Of a stretch of 59,668 bases of DNA, positions 10,506-21,649 are shown in pieces. Origin of the DNA: Desulfovibrionaceae bacterium (lineage in GTDB: Bacteria; Desulfobacterota; Desulfovibrionia; Desulfovibrionales; Desulfovibrionaceae); assembly GCA_040307025.1 (NCBI GenBank), contig JAWRKJ010000291.1, positions 1-59,668 of the forward strand. The letters run 5' to 3'. The stretch's first letter is position 1, and each line of letters opens with the position of its first letter. Under the pieces are notes generated by a model, which did no database searches, had not been told where the DNA came from, and was given only the letters and a program-made list of their open reading frames with translations. A program made the translations under genes and the position numbers.

Positions 10506-11486
10506 TCAGCTCCAGAAAACCGGTCCGAGGGCTTCCTCGGGGTCGGGGAAGGGCAGGCGTTGGGCCCGGACCATGACGGCGTCCATGGCCGCCCGCTGGC
10601 GGGCCATGAGCACGGGCACCTGGGCGGCCAGTTCCGGCGCCTCTTCCCCGAGCACGGACTCCAGCACCTTGATGGGGCAGCGCAACTGCCAGCTGCGCAG
10701 TTCGTGCCACGGGCGCACGCCCTGCTCCTGGTCGAACTTGACGCCCATGTGGCCGTACCAGCGGTAGGTCAGGCATTCGAGGAAAAAGGGGCCCTGCCCC
10801 TGGCGCACGGCGGCCACGGCGTTTCGGGCCGCCTTGTAGACCTCGACCACGTTGTTGCCGTCCACCCGGGCGGAACGGATGCCATAGGCCTTGGCCCGGG
10901 CGGCAATGTCCTCGTTGGGCTGGCGGCAGCATAGGGCCGAAGACGCGCCGTAGCCGTTGTTTTCGCACACGAACAGCACCGGCAGCCGGTGCAGGGCGGC
11001 GAAATTGAGGGATTCCGAGCTGCTGCCTTCTTCCATGGCGCCGTCGCCGAAAAAGGCCACGCTCACCCGGGAGCTGTGGTCCATTTTCGCGGCCAGGGCC
11101 TGGCCCACGGCATGGGGCACGCCCCCGCCGACAATGGCCGAGGTGCCGTAGATGCCGTAGCGCGGCGCCACGGGATGCATGGAGCCGCCCTTGCCGCCGG
11201 CGCAGCCGGCCTTGCGGCCGAAGCATTCCGCGGCCAGGGCCAGGGGCGGTACGCCCTTGGCCAGGCAATGGCCGTGGTTGCGGTGGTTGGTGCAGATGGT
11301 GTCCCGACGTTCGAGATGGGCGCATACCCCGGCCGCCACGGCCTCCTGCCCGGTGGACAGGTGGACCGGCGACTTCATGTTCTGCTCGGGGTAGACCGCG
11401 ACCACGGCATCCTCGAAGGCGCGGATGCGCAGCATGGTCAGCAGCAGGCGCCGCAGCACCGGCACGGGCAGCTGGGTCGTCTTCAC
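10506..11486 (-). CDS. TPP-dependent 2-oxoacid dehydrogenase E1 alpha-like subunit
   Basis: HLSTGQEA, HRNHGH, GKGGSMH, TPP motif GDGA...ENN, TYRWYGH. The GTG start overlaps the upstream TGA. Confidence 0.88.
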   Translation of the reverse strand: MKTTQLPVPVLRRLLLTMLRIRAFEDAVVAVYPEQNMKSPVHLSTGQEAVAAGVCAHLERRDTICTNHRNHGHCLAKGVPPLALAAECFGRKAGCAGGKGGSMHPVAPRYGIYGTSAIVGGGVPHAVGQALAAKMDHSSRVSVAFFGDGAMEEGSSSESLNFAALHRLPVLFVCENNGYGASSALCCRQPNEDIAARAKAYGIRSARVDGNNVVEVYKAARNAVAAVRQGQGPFFLECLTYRWYGHMGVKFDQEQGVRPWHELRSWQLRCPIKVLESVLGEEAPELAAQVPVLMARQRAAMDAVMVRAQRLPFPDPEEALGPVFWS

Positions 11487-12409
11487 CGGATGGGCCCGTC
11501 GTGGGTGGCGTAACCGAAACCGGTCTTGCCGTAGCCGTTGCCGTTGTACATCAGGAACCAGACGCCGTTGTGCTCGAACACGTGGGGATAGCCGACCATT
11601 TCGGAGTCCCAGCCCTCGGGCGACACGTCGATGCCGGCCTCGTCGTCCTTGCGGGTCCAGGCCAGGCCGTCGGCGGACGTGGCGTAGCCGATGCGGTAGG
11701 TATGGATGGTCGGGGTTTCCCGGTAGGTGTACCACATGTGGTAGGTGTCGCCGAGCTTGGTCACGGACGGCCGGGCAATGGCGTATTCCGTCTCGTACTG
11801 GAACGGAATGCAGACTTCGGGGCTGGCTTCCCAGTGTATGCCGTCGTCGGAGTTGGCGTGCTTGATGGTGTAGTAGTGCTTGAGCACGCCGTTGTTGTTT
11901 TCCCAGTTGACCCCGCCGGTGTACCACATACGCCAGGCTTTGCCTTCGCGCAGGACATAGGCGGCGGCGTTCAGGAACAGGTTGCGGGTGTCCTTGGCCA
12001 GGACCGGTCCCGGGAATTCCTTGGTGATGGTGAGCTTTTCCGGATCGAAAATGGCCCGGCCGATGGCGAATTCGAAGGTGACGTCGTGGAGGAGCTGCCA
12101 GCCGGTATAATAATAATAGACGACGCCGTTGTCGCCCTGGGCAAAGGCCGAGGCCATGGCGCCCCGGTCGTCGAAATAGCCCAAGGGACCCGGCGCCAGC
12201 ACGAGCTTGGGCTTTTGCAGGATTTCGAGCCGGTGGCCGTCCACCCGCATGGTGGTGATGAAGGTATGGGAACGCATGGAAGCGTCCACGGACGTAAAGA
12301 CCAGGGCGTAGATATCGTCATGGAGTCGCCAGACATTGGGCAACCGGGCCTGTGAAAAGCCTTCCAGCGGCGAACAAAAAAGAAATCCCTGTTTTTGCCA
12401 CGCGATCAT
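11483..12409 (-). CDS. Five-bladed beta-propeller glycoside hydrolase-like protein (GH32/43/130-like fold)
   Basis: Repeated blades WRMWYTG, YHMWYTYR and WFLMYNGN; Asp-box-like SDDGIHW and SADGLAW; RPSV and YPHV. Confidence 0.65.
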   Translation of the reverse strand: MIAWQKQGFLFCSPLEGFSQARLPNVWRLHDDIYALVFTSVDASMRSHTFITTMRVDGHRLEILQKPKLVLAPGPLGYFDDRGAMASAFAQGDNGVVYYYYTGWQLLHDVTFEFAIGRAIFDPEKLTITKEFPGPVLAKDTRNLFLNAAAYVLREGKAWRMWYTGGVNWENNNGVLKHYYTIKHANSDDGIHWEASPEVCIPFQYETEYAIARPSVTKLGDTYHMWYTYRETPTIHTYRIGYATSADGLAWTRKDDEAGIDVSPEGWDSEMVGYPHVFEHNGVWFLMYNGNGYGKTGFGYATHDGPIR

Positions 12410-12610
12410 GCCAGAATTTTCCTCCCTGGGCGTTTGCGGCGCAAAACCAAGCGCACCGCCGGTCGGATGACGACCGAAGCGGTCGCTTGTCCCCGCAGAT
12501 AGGGAAGGGAGTATGGGCGCGAAGGCCCGTCTCCGTCAAGGCCGCCAGACCCCGGACAGGCTGTGTCGCGCTGGCGGCGGCCGGTTTTGCCGTACCCGGC
12601 GCTCCCGGCC

Positions 12611-13063
12611 TCAGACGGCTTTCGGGCGCGGGAAGACGAAGAACTTCAGGGCGAAAAACAGGTAGCCGGCGACCACGAAAATGGAGGCGGCCTGGATGAG
12701 CTGGTGCGGATAGCCGAGATGGTCGACAAACACCAGAAGGAGCAGGATATTGAGGAGATAACCGCCGCTGTGGGCCACGAAAAACCGGACCATGGCCCAG
12801 CGCACGGACCCGGCATGGGCAAAGGTGAAGCGGCGGTTGCCGAAAAAGGAAATCAGGACGCCGACGACATAGAGGATGGAGACGGCGGTCTTGGGCGGGA
12901 GCCCAAGCCAGGTCACGAGCAGATAGAGACCGTAGCCGATGGCGTTTTGCGACAGGCCGACCAGGCCGTAGCGCCACAGCTGCCGGACCACGGGCAAACG
13001 CCACAGCTCGCGCAGGGGCGTTTGCCGCACGGTTCGCACAAAGGCCCTAAACGAGGACGCCAC
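12611..13063 (-). CDS. GtrA family polyprenol-P-sugar flippase
   Basis: 150 aa with four TMs; RYGLVG, FFGNRRFTF, KFFVF. The exact start is uncertain. Confidence 0.85.
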   Translation of the reverse strand: MASSFRAFVRTVRQTPLRELWRLPVVRQLWRYGLVGLSQNAIGYGLYLLVTWLGLPPKTAVSILYVVGVLISFFGNRRFTFAHAGSVRWAMVRFFVAHSGGYLLNILLLLVFVDHLGYPHQLIQAASIFVVAGYLFFALKFFVFPRPKAV

Positions 13064-13084
13064 CGCAAGATCCCGGGCCAGGAC

Positions 13085-14230
13085 TCAGGCCGTCCGGGGC
13101 TGGCCGAAAAAGGCGAAGATCCGGTCCACGACCCGGTCCACCTCGTCGGGGCGCATGCCGAAATAGAGGGGCAGGCGCAACAGGCGGTCGGCCGTGGCCA
13201 GGGTGACCGGCAGCTCGCCCACGGCCCGGCCGAAACGCCGGCCGGCCGGCGAGGCGTGCAGGGGGACGTAATGGAACACGGCCGAAATGTCGTCTTCCTT
13301 GAGCGCGGCGGTCAGGGCTTCGCGCACGGCCAGGGATTCGGTCAGGATGTAGAAGATGTGGCCGTTGGCCAGACCTTCCGGCACCTGGGGCAGGCGCAGG
13401 CAACCGGCGTCCTGCAACGGGCGCAGGGCGTGCAGGTAGCGGTCGAACGAGGCCCGGCGGTTGGCGATGATGGTTTCCGCCTCCTCAATCTGGCCCCATA
13501 AAAACGCGCCGATGAGTTCGCTCGGCAGAAACGACGAGCCCACGTCCACCCAGGTGTACTTGTCCACCTGGCCCCGGAAGAACTGGGCCCGGTTGGTGCC
13601 TTTTTCCCGCAGGATCTCGGCCCGCTGCACGAAGGACGGGGTGTTGACGAGCAGGGCCCCGCCCTCGCCGCTGATGATGTTTTTGGTCTCGTGGAAGCTC
13701 AGGCAGCCGAAATCGCCGAGACTGCCCAGCATGCGGCCCTTGTAGGTGGAGAAAAACGCCTGGGCCGCGTCCTCGACTACGAGCAGGCCATGGGCTCGGG
13801 CCAGGTCCATGATCGTGTCCATCTCGCAGGACACGCCCGCGTAATGGACCGGCACGATCACCTTGGTGCGCGGGGTGAGGGCCCCGGGCAACAGGGTCTC
13901 GTTCAGGTTGCAGTTGTCCGGTCGGATGTCCACGAAGACCGGGGTGGCGCCGCGCAGCACGAAGGCGGTGGCGGTGGACGAAAACGTGAACGACGGCATG
14001 ATGACTTCGTCGCCCGGCCCGACGTCGCACAAAAGGGCGGCCATCTCCAGGGCGGCGGTGCAGGAATGGGTGAGCAGGGCGCGGCGCACGCCGAAATGCT
14101 CTTCCATCCAGGTCTGGCAGCGCTTGGTGAATGTGCCGTCCCCGGAAAGATGGGCCTGCATCACGGCCTGGGCGATGTAATACAGTTCCTTGCCGGCGAT
14201 GAAGGGCCGATTGAAAGGTATTTTTTCCAT
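13085..14230 (-). CDS. rffA: dTDP-4-amino-4,6-dideoxygalactose transaminase (DegT/DnrJ family)
   Basis: IPFNRP, HLSGDGTFTKRC, SCTAALEM, EDAAQA, SFHETKN (PLP Lys), REKGTNR, VDKYTWVDVGSSFLPSE. Closely matches WecE/RffA. Confidence 0.92.
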   Translation of the reverse strand: MEKIPFNRPFIAGKELYYIAQAVMQAHLSGDGTFTKRCQTWMEEHFGVRRALLTHSCTAALEMAALLCDVGPGDEVIMPSFTFSSTATAFVLRGATPVFVDIRPDNCNLNETLLPGALTPRTKVIVPVHYAGVSCEMDTIMDLARAHGLLVVEDAAQAFFSTYKGRMLGSLGDFGCLSFHETKNIISGEGGALLVNTPSFVQRAEILREKGTNRAQFFRGQVDKYTWVDVGSSFLPSELIGAFLWGQIEEAETIIANRRASFDRYLHALRPLQDAGCLRLPQVPEGLANGHIFYILTESLAVREALTAALKEDDISAVFHYVPLHASPAGRRFGRAVGELPVTLATADRLLRLPLYFGMRPDEVDRVVDRIFAFFGQPRTA

Positions 14231-14310
14231 GGTGATCCGCGAAAACGGTGGTTGGCCGCTGGGCTGGAAACGTTACGAACCGCTCCCGTACGATGTCGGG
14301 TCCGTGCGGA

Positions 14311-14685
14311 CTACGGCAGGGGATGGGTGCGGGCGAAGGCCAGGAGATCCTCGTAGATCTGCTGGCAGGTGGCCACGGGCACGTCCGGAGCATGCATGAC
14401 GGTGGGGCCTTCCTGGGAAAAAAGCGCGGCCCAGGGTTTGAGCTGGAGCTCTTCCCAGGCGCCGTAACGGCCGTAGCTGATGACGCCGCCGACGGTTTGC
14501 AGGCGCAGGTCAAAGGATTCGTAGCCCATGGGGCCAGGCAGCAGCTTCTGGGGCCGGCATTCGTGGTACGGGCCGGCCTGGGCGGAAAAATAGAACCAGC
14601 CGCCGATCTGGATGTCCCCGAACCAGCGGTCCTCGGCGCCGAAATGGTCCGTTTCCATGAGCAGTGTCCTGAAATCCTCGGCCAT
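14311..14685 (-). CDS. Hypothetical protein (124 aa)
   Basis: Strong RBS AAGGAGG, GC3-rich codons, fills the gap between operons. Confidence 0.7.
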   Translation of the reverse strand: MAEDFRTLLMETDHFGAEDRWFGDIQIGGWFYFSAQAGPYHECRPQKLLPGPMGYESFDLRLQTVGGVISYGRYGAWEELQLKPWAALFSQEGPTVMHAPDVPVATCQQIYEDLLAFARTHPLP

Positions 14686-14742
14686 GCCTGTCCTCCTTGG
14701 TGTTTGGTGTCCCCGGCTTGTAGCCCGGCCCGGGAGCCCGGG

Positions 14743-15810
14743 TCAACGACCCGTGCGCGAGGACAGGGCGAGCAGGTATTTGAACACCGTGGACACATAC
14801 CGTCCCGAGACCACGTCCGGCAGGGGAAACCCGGGCAACGGCCCGTCGCCGAGGCTCCCGGCCAGGGCCAGAAACACCTGGCGCGACAGGGTGGTCAGGC
14901 CCGGTTCCAGCTTTTTTTCCCACAACGCGGCGGCTTCGTCCTCGGCCAGGCCGTGGAGCCGGCAGGCCAGGGGGCGATGCGACAGGATCAGGCAGGCCCC
15001 GTCCCGGGACAGCGGGCACAACCGGGACCAGGACGACAGGCAATATTCCGGGTTGTCGCCATGAAGCCGCGTCAGGTGTTCCATCTCCCGGGAGGCCTCG
15101 GCCGCGTCCTCGATGACCGCCAGCCGGGTTTCGCTCGACAGGCACACGTTGATGCGGTGGCTCACGTGCACGGCTTCGATCAGGGACAGGGTCAAGGGCC
15201 GGCGGCAACAGCGGTCGTGGTCCCGGCCGCACCGGGGCAGGCTCCGGGTCGCGAGCCGGACCGTGGCCACCAGGCCCGTGTAGTCGGCCAGAAACGGGGC
15301 CAGGTTGACCAGATGGTTGCTCTCCAGGCGCGGCTCCCGGATGGTCAGCCGGCCGGAGGCCTTGCCGTAGCGGCGGATGGTCCACCACTGGTCGAAGCTC
15401 GTGGGCTTGGAGCGCAGGGGCGAGAGCACCCGGGCGGCCAGTTTGTGCCCCAGGCCCCGGCGCAGCAGGTAGGCATTTAACACCGTGCCGGTGCGGCCGA
15501 TGCCGTGGCGGCAGTGGATGAGCACCTTCTTGCCGAGATAGACGGCCTCGTCGAGCCAGGCCAGGGCGCGTTCCAGGGCGGGCAGGTCCGGAGCCTTTTC
15601 GTCCGGGATGGGCAGGTAATGAACCTCGAAGCCGGCCGCGGCCTCGATATCGTGCAGGTCGCAGAATTCCGCGCACAGGTTGAGGATGGCCGTGATGCCC
15701 TGCTCGTGCAGGGAATCGAGCTGATCGTAGGTCATGGGCGCGCCGCCGACGGCCAGGTGGTCGGTCACCCATGTCAAGGGGTAGGCGTGGTTTGCGTCGG
15801 TGTCGGCCAT
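14743..15810 (-). CDS. Dual-specificity protein phosphatase fused to a Cys-cluster (YkgJ-like) domain
   Basis: P-loop HCRHGIGRTG (CX5R) and PIPD acid loop. C-terminal CGRDHDRCC...CPL...C...RPLACR. RBS GAGGA precedes ATG 15810. Confidence 0.85.
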   Translation of the reverse strand: MADTDANHAYPLTWVTDHLAVGGAPMTYDQLDSLHEQGITAILNLCAEFCDLHDIEAAAGFEVHYLPIPDEKAPDLPALERALAWLDEAVYLGKKVLIHCRHGIGRTGTVLNAYLLRRGLGHKLAARVLSPLRSKPTSFDQWWTIRRYGKASGRLTIREPRLESNHLVNLAPFLADYTGLVATVRLATRSLPRCGRDHDRCCRRPLTLSLIEAVHVSHRINVCLSSETRLAVIEDAAEASREMEHLTRLHGDNPEYCLSSWSRLCPLSRDGACLILSHRPLACRLHGLAEDEAAALWEKKLEPGLTTLSRQVFLALAGSLGDGPLPGFPLPDVVSGRYVSTVFKYLLALSSRTGR

Positions 15811-15820
15811 GGGGTCCTCG

Positions 15821-18289
15821 TCAACGGTCGGTGCGGGCCAGGAAACGCGTGATCCAGGCATCCACGGCGGTCGGGTCGGTCAGACGCATGTCGAGCATGC
15901 GGGTGCCGGCCAGGAGGTAGCCCAGCATGGCCAGGCGCTTTTGGGCGATGTGCTCGGGGATGCGCGACAGGCGCGCGTCGAGCAGGTCGCCGGTGACGCG
16001 CACGGTGAAACCGAAATGGCCGAGGACCCGGGTGACGCAGTCCAGGCGTAAGCCGCGCTGGTCCGCCGCGGCTCCGCCGCCCTTGAACCGGAAATTGACG
16101 TAATTTTGTTCGGTCTGGGGGCCGCACAGGGCGTCGACCACGGTGAAATGGTAGCCGAAACGCAGCATGACATGGGCATAGACGTCCGAAACCACGGCAT
16201 AGCTGGCCAGATGCCGGGCGCCGGCGGGAAAAAGGCCGGCGCTCGTGCGGTCCAGGGCCTTGTCGTCGGTGACGGGCGGTCCCGACGGCCAGGGCGCGTC
16301 CTCGGCGGCCAGACCGGACCACAGGGCCCAAAGCGGCGCGCTTTTGATCTGGTCGGGCCGCAGTTCCTTGTCCGCGGCCGCGGATTCGAACACGCCGCCG
16401 CCGAGATCGAGCAGATACATGGTCACGGGCAGGCCGCTTTTGATCTTGCGGGCCGAGGCCAGGCCCCGGGGTTCGCCACCGACCAGGGAAAACATGGCGC
16501 CCACGGCCTTTTCGTGGGCGAAACGCACGATGTCGTGCAGGGAGCGGACTTTTTCGGGCACGAAATCCGGTGCTTCGGGATCGGTCAGGGTCAGCCGGGA
16601 CACAAGGGGCGTCAGGTCCGCCAGGCGCCTGGCCACTGGCGACTCAGCCTCCGGCCGTGTCGGCCGGGACCAGGCGAGCAGGGATTCGATCCGGCCCGGA
16701 TACACGGCCCCGGCCTCGGCATCGACCGTGACCGTGGTTCCTTCCTCCAGGGCGTCGAAGGCTTCGGGCAGGCCGGTGATCACCGGCAGGCCGAATTCCC
16801 GGGCCACCGAGGCGAAATGGCCGGCCCGGCTGCCCGCCACGGCCACCACCGCTTCCAGCCGGTCCACGGCCCGGGCCAGGGTCGTCGGCAGGGTGGCGGT
16901 GACAAGCACCGTGCCCGGACCGATGGCTTCCATGTCGAGGACCGTGGCGGCATGGAGCACCGTGCCGCTGGCCACGCCGCCCGAGGCGCATTGCCCACCC
17001 GTGGCCACGGGGGCGATGTCCGGAATTTCGGGGCGGACCGTGATCTGGCCGGGGTCTGACGCGGCCCGTTCCACGGCCATGGGCCGGGACTGGAGAATGA
17101 CCGGGCCGCCTGTGGGCGGGAGCACCCATTCCACGTCCTGGGGCGCGCCAAAGGCCTGTTCCAGGGACAACCCCAGGGCGGCCAGGCGCAAGGCGGCCTG
17201 TTCGGGCAGCACCGGTCCTTCGAGGGATTGGCGGTCGAGCAGGCAATGGGGCGGGTCATGGGACAGGGCCAGGCGTTCGGGATTGGCCGCGCCCTCGACC
17301 AGATCCGAACCCAGGCCCGGCACGGCATAGGCGGCCATGGGCGCTTCCGGATCGGCGCTGTCACGGGTGTAGAGCACGCCCGAGGCCGTGGCCGCGAACA
17401 TGGGCACGAACAACACCGCCATGGGTGTCTCGTCGTCGGCGTGGCCGGTCAGCACCCGGTAGGTGATGGCCTTGGCCGAGTACTTGCCGGCCACCACCCG
17501 CAGGTAGGCGCCCACGGCCACGTCGGCCGGGATGTGGAGCAGGCTTTCGTACTGGCCGGCGAACGAGGCCCGGCCATCCTCGGCCACGGCCGAACTGCGC
17601 GCGGCCAGCTCGCGCGGGCTGCCGTCGGGGCCCCGGCCGAGCAGCCGGGCGGCTTCGGCCAGGGGGCTCGCCACGTCGTCCGGCAGCCGGGCGGACAGGA
17701 TGCGGCGACGGATGTCCGCGGCCAGTCCGCCCAGTTCGTCGGGCCTGGCCAGGTCCACCCGACGCAGGAGCCGGTCGATGGCCGGCCGCAGCTCGGTTGC
17801 TTCCAGGAAATAGCGGAAGGCGTTGGTGGTGACCACGAAGCCCTCGGGCACCGGCACCTTGGCGTCCCGGGCCGCCCGGGCAAGATGGGCGGCCTTGCCG
17901 CCGGCCGCGTCCGGAGCGTCGGCCACGGTTTCCAGGGGCACCACAAAGGGCGGTCCCATGCCGCCCAGGGGAATGTCCAAGGCCATCTGGACGTAGAAAT
18001 CGAGTTTTTTGGCGTAGTCGGCCAGATCGAGGTGACGGGTCGGCTCCAGGCGGGTCAGGCGCGCCACCATTTCGGTGACCGCGTGGCGCAGCTGGTTGGT
18101 CAGATGGACGATGCGGGCCCAGTCCACGACCGCGTCACCGTAGTGGATGGCCTCGATGGCGGCGATCAGTTCCAGGCAGACCTCGTCCTGGCGCAACAGC
18201 TCCCGAAAGGCGTTGTATTTTTCCCGCAACAACACCCCTGGGGCAAAGACCTGATAGGTCCAGCGGCGCAACAGCTCCCTGGAAAACAC
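15821..18289 (-). CDS. PEP-synthase/PPDK-like ATP-grasp plus phosphohistidine swivel domain protein (PEP-utilizing enzyme family)
   Basis: GGKAAHL, VPEGFVVT, RSSAVAED...SFAGQYES, DVEW, LQSRP; swivel motif GSRAGHFASVARE. No pyruvate-binding TIM-barrel C-terminus. Confidence 0.85.
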   Translation of the reverse strand: MFSRELLRRWTYQVFAPGVLLREKYNAFRELLRQDEVCLELIAAIEAIHYGDAVVDWARIVHLTNQLRHAVTEMVARLTRLEPTRHLDLADYAKKLDFYVQMALDIPLGGMGPPFVVPLETVADAPDAAGGKAAHLARAARDAKVPVPEGFVVTTNAFRYFLEATELRPAIDRLLRRVDLARPDELGGLAADIRRRILSARLPDDVASPLAEAARLLGRGPDGSPRELAARSSAVAEDGRASFAGQYESLLHIPADVAVGAYLRVVAGKYSAKAITYRVLTGHADDETPMAVLFVPMFAATASGVLYTRDSADPEAPMAAYAVPGLGSDLVEGAANPERLALSHDPPHCLLDRQSLEGPVLPEQAALRLAALGLSLEQAFGAPQDVEWVLPPTGGPVILQSRPMAVERAASDPGQITVRPEIPDIAPVATGGQCASGGVASGTVLHAATVLDMEAIGPGTVLVTATLPTTLARAVDRLEAVVAVAGSRAGHFASVAREFGLPVITGLPEAFDALEEGTTVTVDAEAGAVYPGRIESLLAWSRPTRPEAESPVARRLADLTPLVSRLTLTDPEAPDFVPEKVRSLHDIVRFAHEKAVGAMFSLVGGEPRGLASARKIKSGLPVTMYLLDLGGGVFESAAADKELRPDQIKSAPLWALWSGLAAEDAPWPSGPPVTDDKALDRTSAGLFPAGARHLASYAVVSDVYAHVMLRFGYHFTVVDALCGPQTEQNYVNFRFKGGGAAADQRGLRLDCVTRVLGHFGFTVRVTGDLLDARLSRIPEHIAQKRLAMLGYLLAGTRMLDMRLTDPTAVDAWITRFLARTDR

Positions 18290-18299
18290 GCGTCCTCCG

Positions 18300-18668
18300 C
18301 TACCGGCCGTCGCCGGCCAGGGCCTCCTCGACCTTGCGTTCGAGTTCGTCCTTGTCGATGGGTTTGACGCAGTACTGGCAGGCTCCGAGCTGCACGGACT
18401 GGCGGGCCGTTTCCAGGGTCGGGTAGCCGGTGAGCATGATGACCCGGGTCTCGGGGGAGCGTTTCTTGATCTCTTCGAGCACTTCCACGCCGCTGAGCTT
18501 TTTGAGCTTCATGTCCAGGATGGCCAGTGCCGGATGTTTTTTCCCCACATGGGCCAGGGCATCCTCTTCCTCGGTGAAGACGGTGACGGCATGGCCCTTG
18601 CGTTCGAGTATCCGTTTGATGACGACGCCGGCGTCAATGACGTCGTCGAGCACGATGATGTCGGCCAT
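18300..18668 (-). CDS. Single-domain response regulator (REC only)
   Basis: IIVLDD, LAILDMKL, MLTGY, YCVKP; 122 aa. Confidence 0.92.
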   Translation of the reverse strand: MADIIVLDDVIDAGVVIKRILERKGHAVTVFTEEEDALAHVGKKHPALAILDMKLKKLSGVEVLEEIKKRSPETRVIMLTGYPTLETARQSVQLGACQYCVKPIDKDELERKVEEALAGDGR

Positions 18669-18674
18669 GGCAGG

Positions 18675-20716
<2,042 letters not shown>

Positions 20717-20720
<4 letters not shown>

Positions 20721-21649
20721 TCCGCCTCCTCCATGGCTTCAAGTCCCAGGCGTTCGGCCAGGGCCCGCACCGGGGCGTAATCGGCATCGGTGGCCGGGAT
20801 GATGCCGCGCATGCCGGCGGTTTCGAGGATGACCGCATCCTCGGAACGCTTGGGCGACAGGGCGAACATGGCCCGGGCGATCTTGTCCACGATCTGGGGC
20901 GACAGCCCGGTCCGGGCGGCATAGACCCAGCCGGGATAGGCCTTGCTCTCGGCCAGCACGCGGATCTGGCTGAGGGCGATCTTGCCGCGCAGGATGTCCA
21001 GGGTGCCGTCGCGGATGGAGCCGATGTCGTAGGTGCCGGCGTAGACAGCCAGCACGACCTTTTCCTGCTTGCCGCCCGGGCCCGGGGCGAAACTGATTTC
21101 GCTGAAGTCGCTGCGCTTGATGCCGTTGTCCAGGAATTCGCCCAGGGCGTAGAGATACCCGCCGGCCGAGGACGGGTCCACGGCGATCCAACGCTTGCCG
21201 CGGCAATCCTCAAGGGTCCGGATGGCGGTGTTGTCCCGGCGGCAGATGATCTGGCTCTTGAAATCGGGTTTGCCGGACGGCTCGATGATGCGGGCAAAGG
21301 CCCGGGCGCCGTAACGTGCCATGCGGATATAGGCGAAGGGGTTGGAAAAGGAGATGTCGATCTCGCCGCGCTCCACCATGCGCACGTGTTCCTCGAAGGT
21401 GTCGGGGAAAATCTGGCGCAGGGCAATGCCCGTGGCCCGGGAGAGGTAGTCGAGGAGCAGCCGGTGGCGCTCGTAGGACACGGTGTGGGCGTACTGGGGC
21501 AGATAGGCGTAGGTCACGGCCCGGGGCGGGGTGCGCACGGTGATGTCCTCGCGCCGGGACATGTCCACGCGGATGGCGTCCTCGTCCTGGCCGCAGCCGG
21601 TGAGCACCGAGGCGCACAGGACGGCGCGCAGGAAATCCCGTCGGTTCAC
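20717..21649 (-). CDS. PhnD/PtxB-like phosphate/phosphite/phosphonate substrate-binding lipoprotein
   Basis: Tat-like VNRRDFL and lipobox LTGC; DISFSNPFAY, VDPSSAGGYL, DADYAPVR. GTG start at 21649. Confidence 0.82.

Noticed and set aside
9452-11486. Calling the E1 pair pdhA/pdhB or acoA/acoB
   Set aside because: No E2/E3 genes, and the sugar-biosynthesis context argues against a central-metabolism role; symbols withheld.
6139-11927. Long N-terminal extensions on the WbqC, GT2, ATP-grasp and E1 alpha ORFs in the track
   Set aside because: The extensions overlap upstream genes in other frames; true starts were reassigned from motifs and stop/start overlaps.
15821-18289. Calling the dikinase-like gene ppsA
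   Set aside because: It lacks the C-terminal pyruvate-binding barrel motifs of true PEP synthase.
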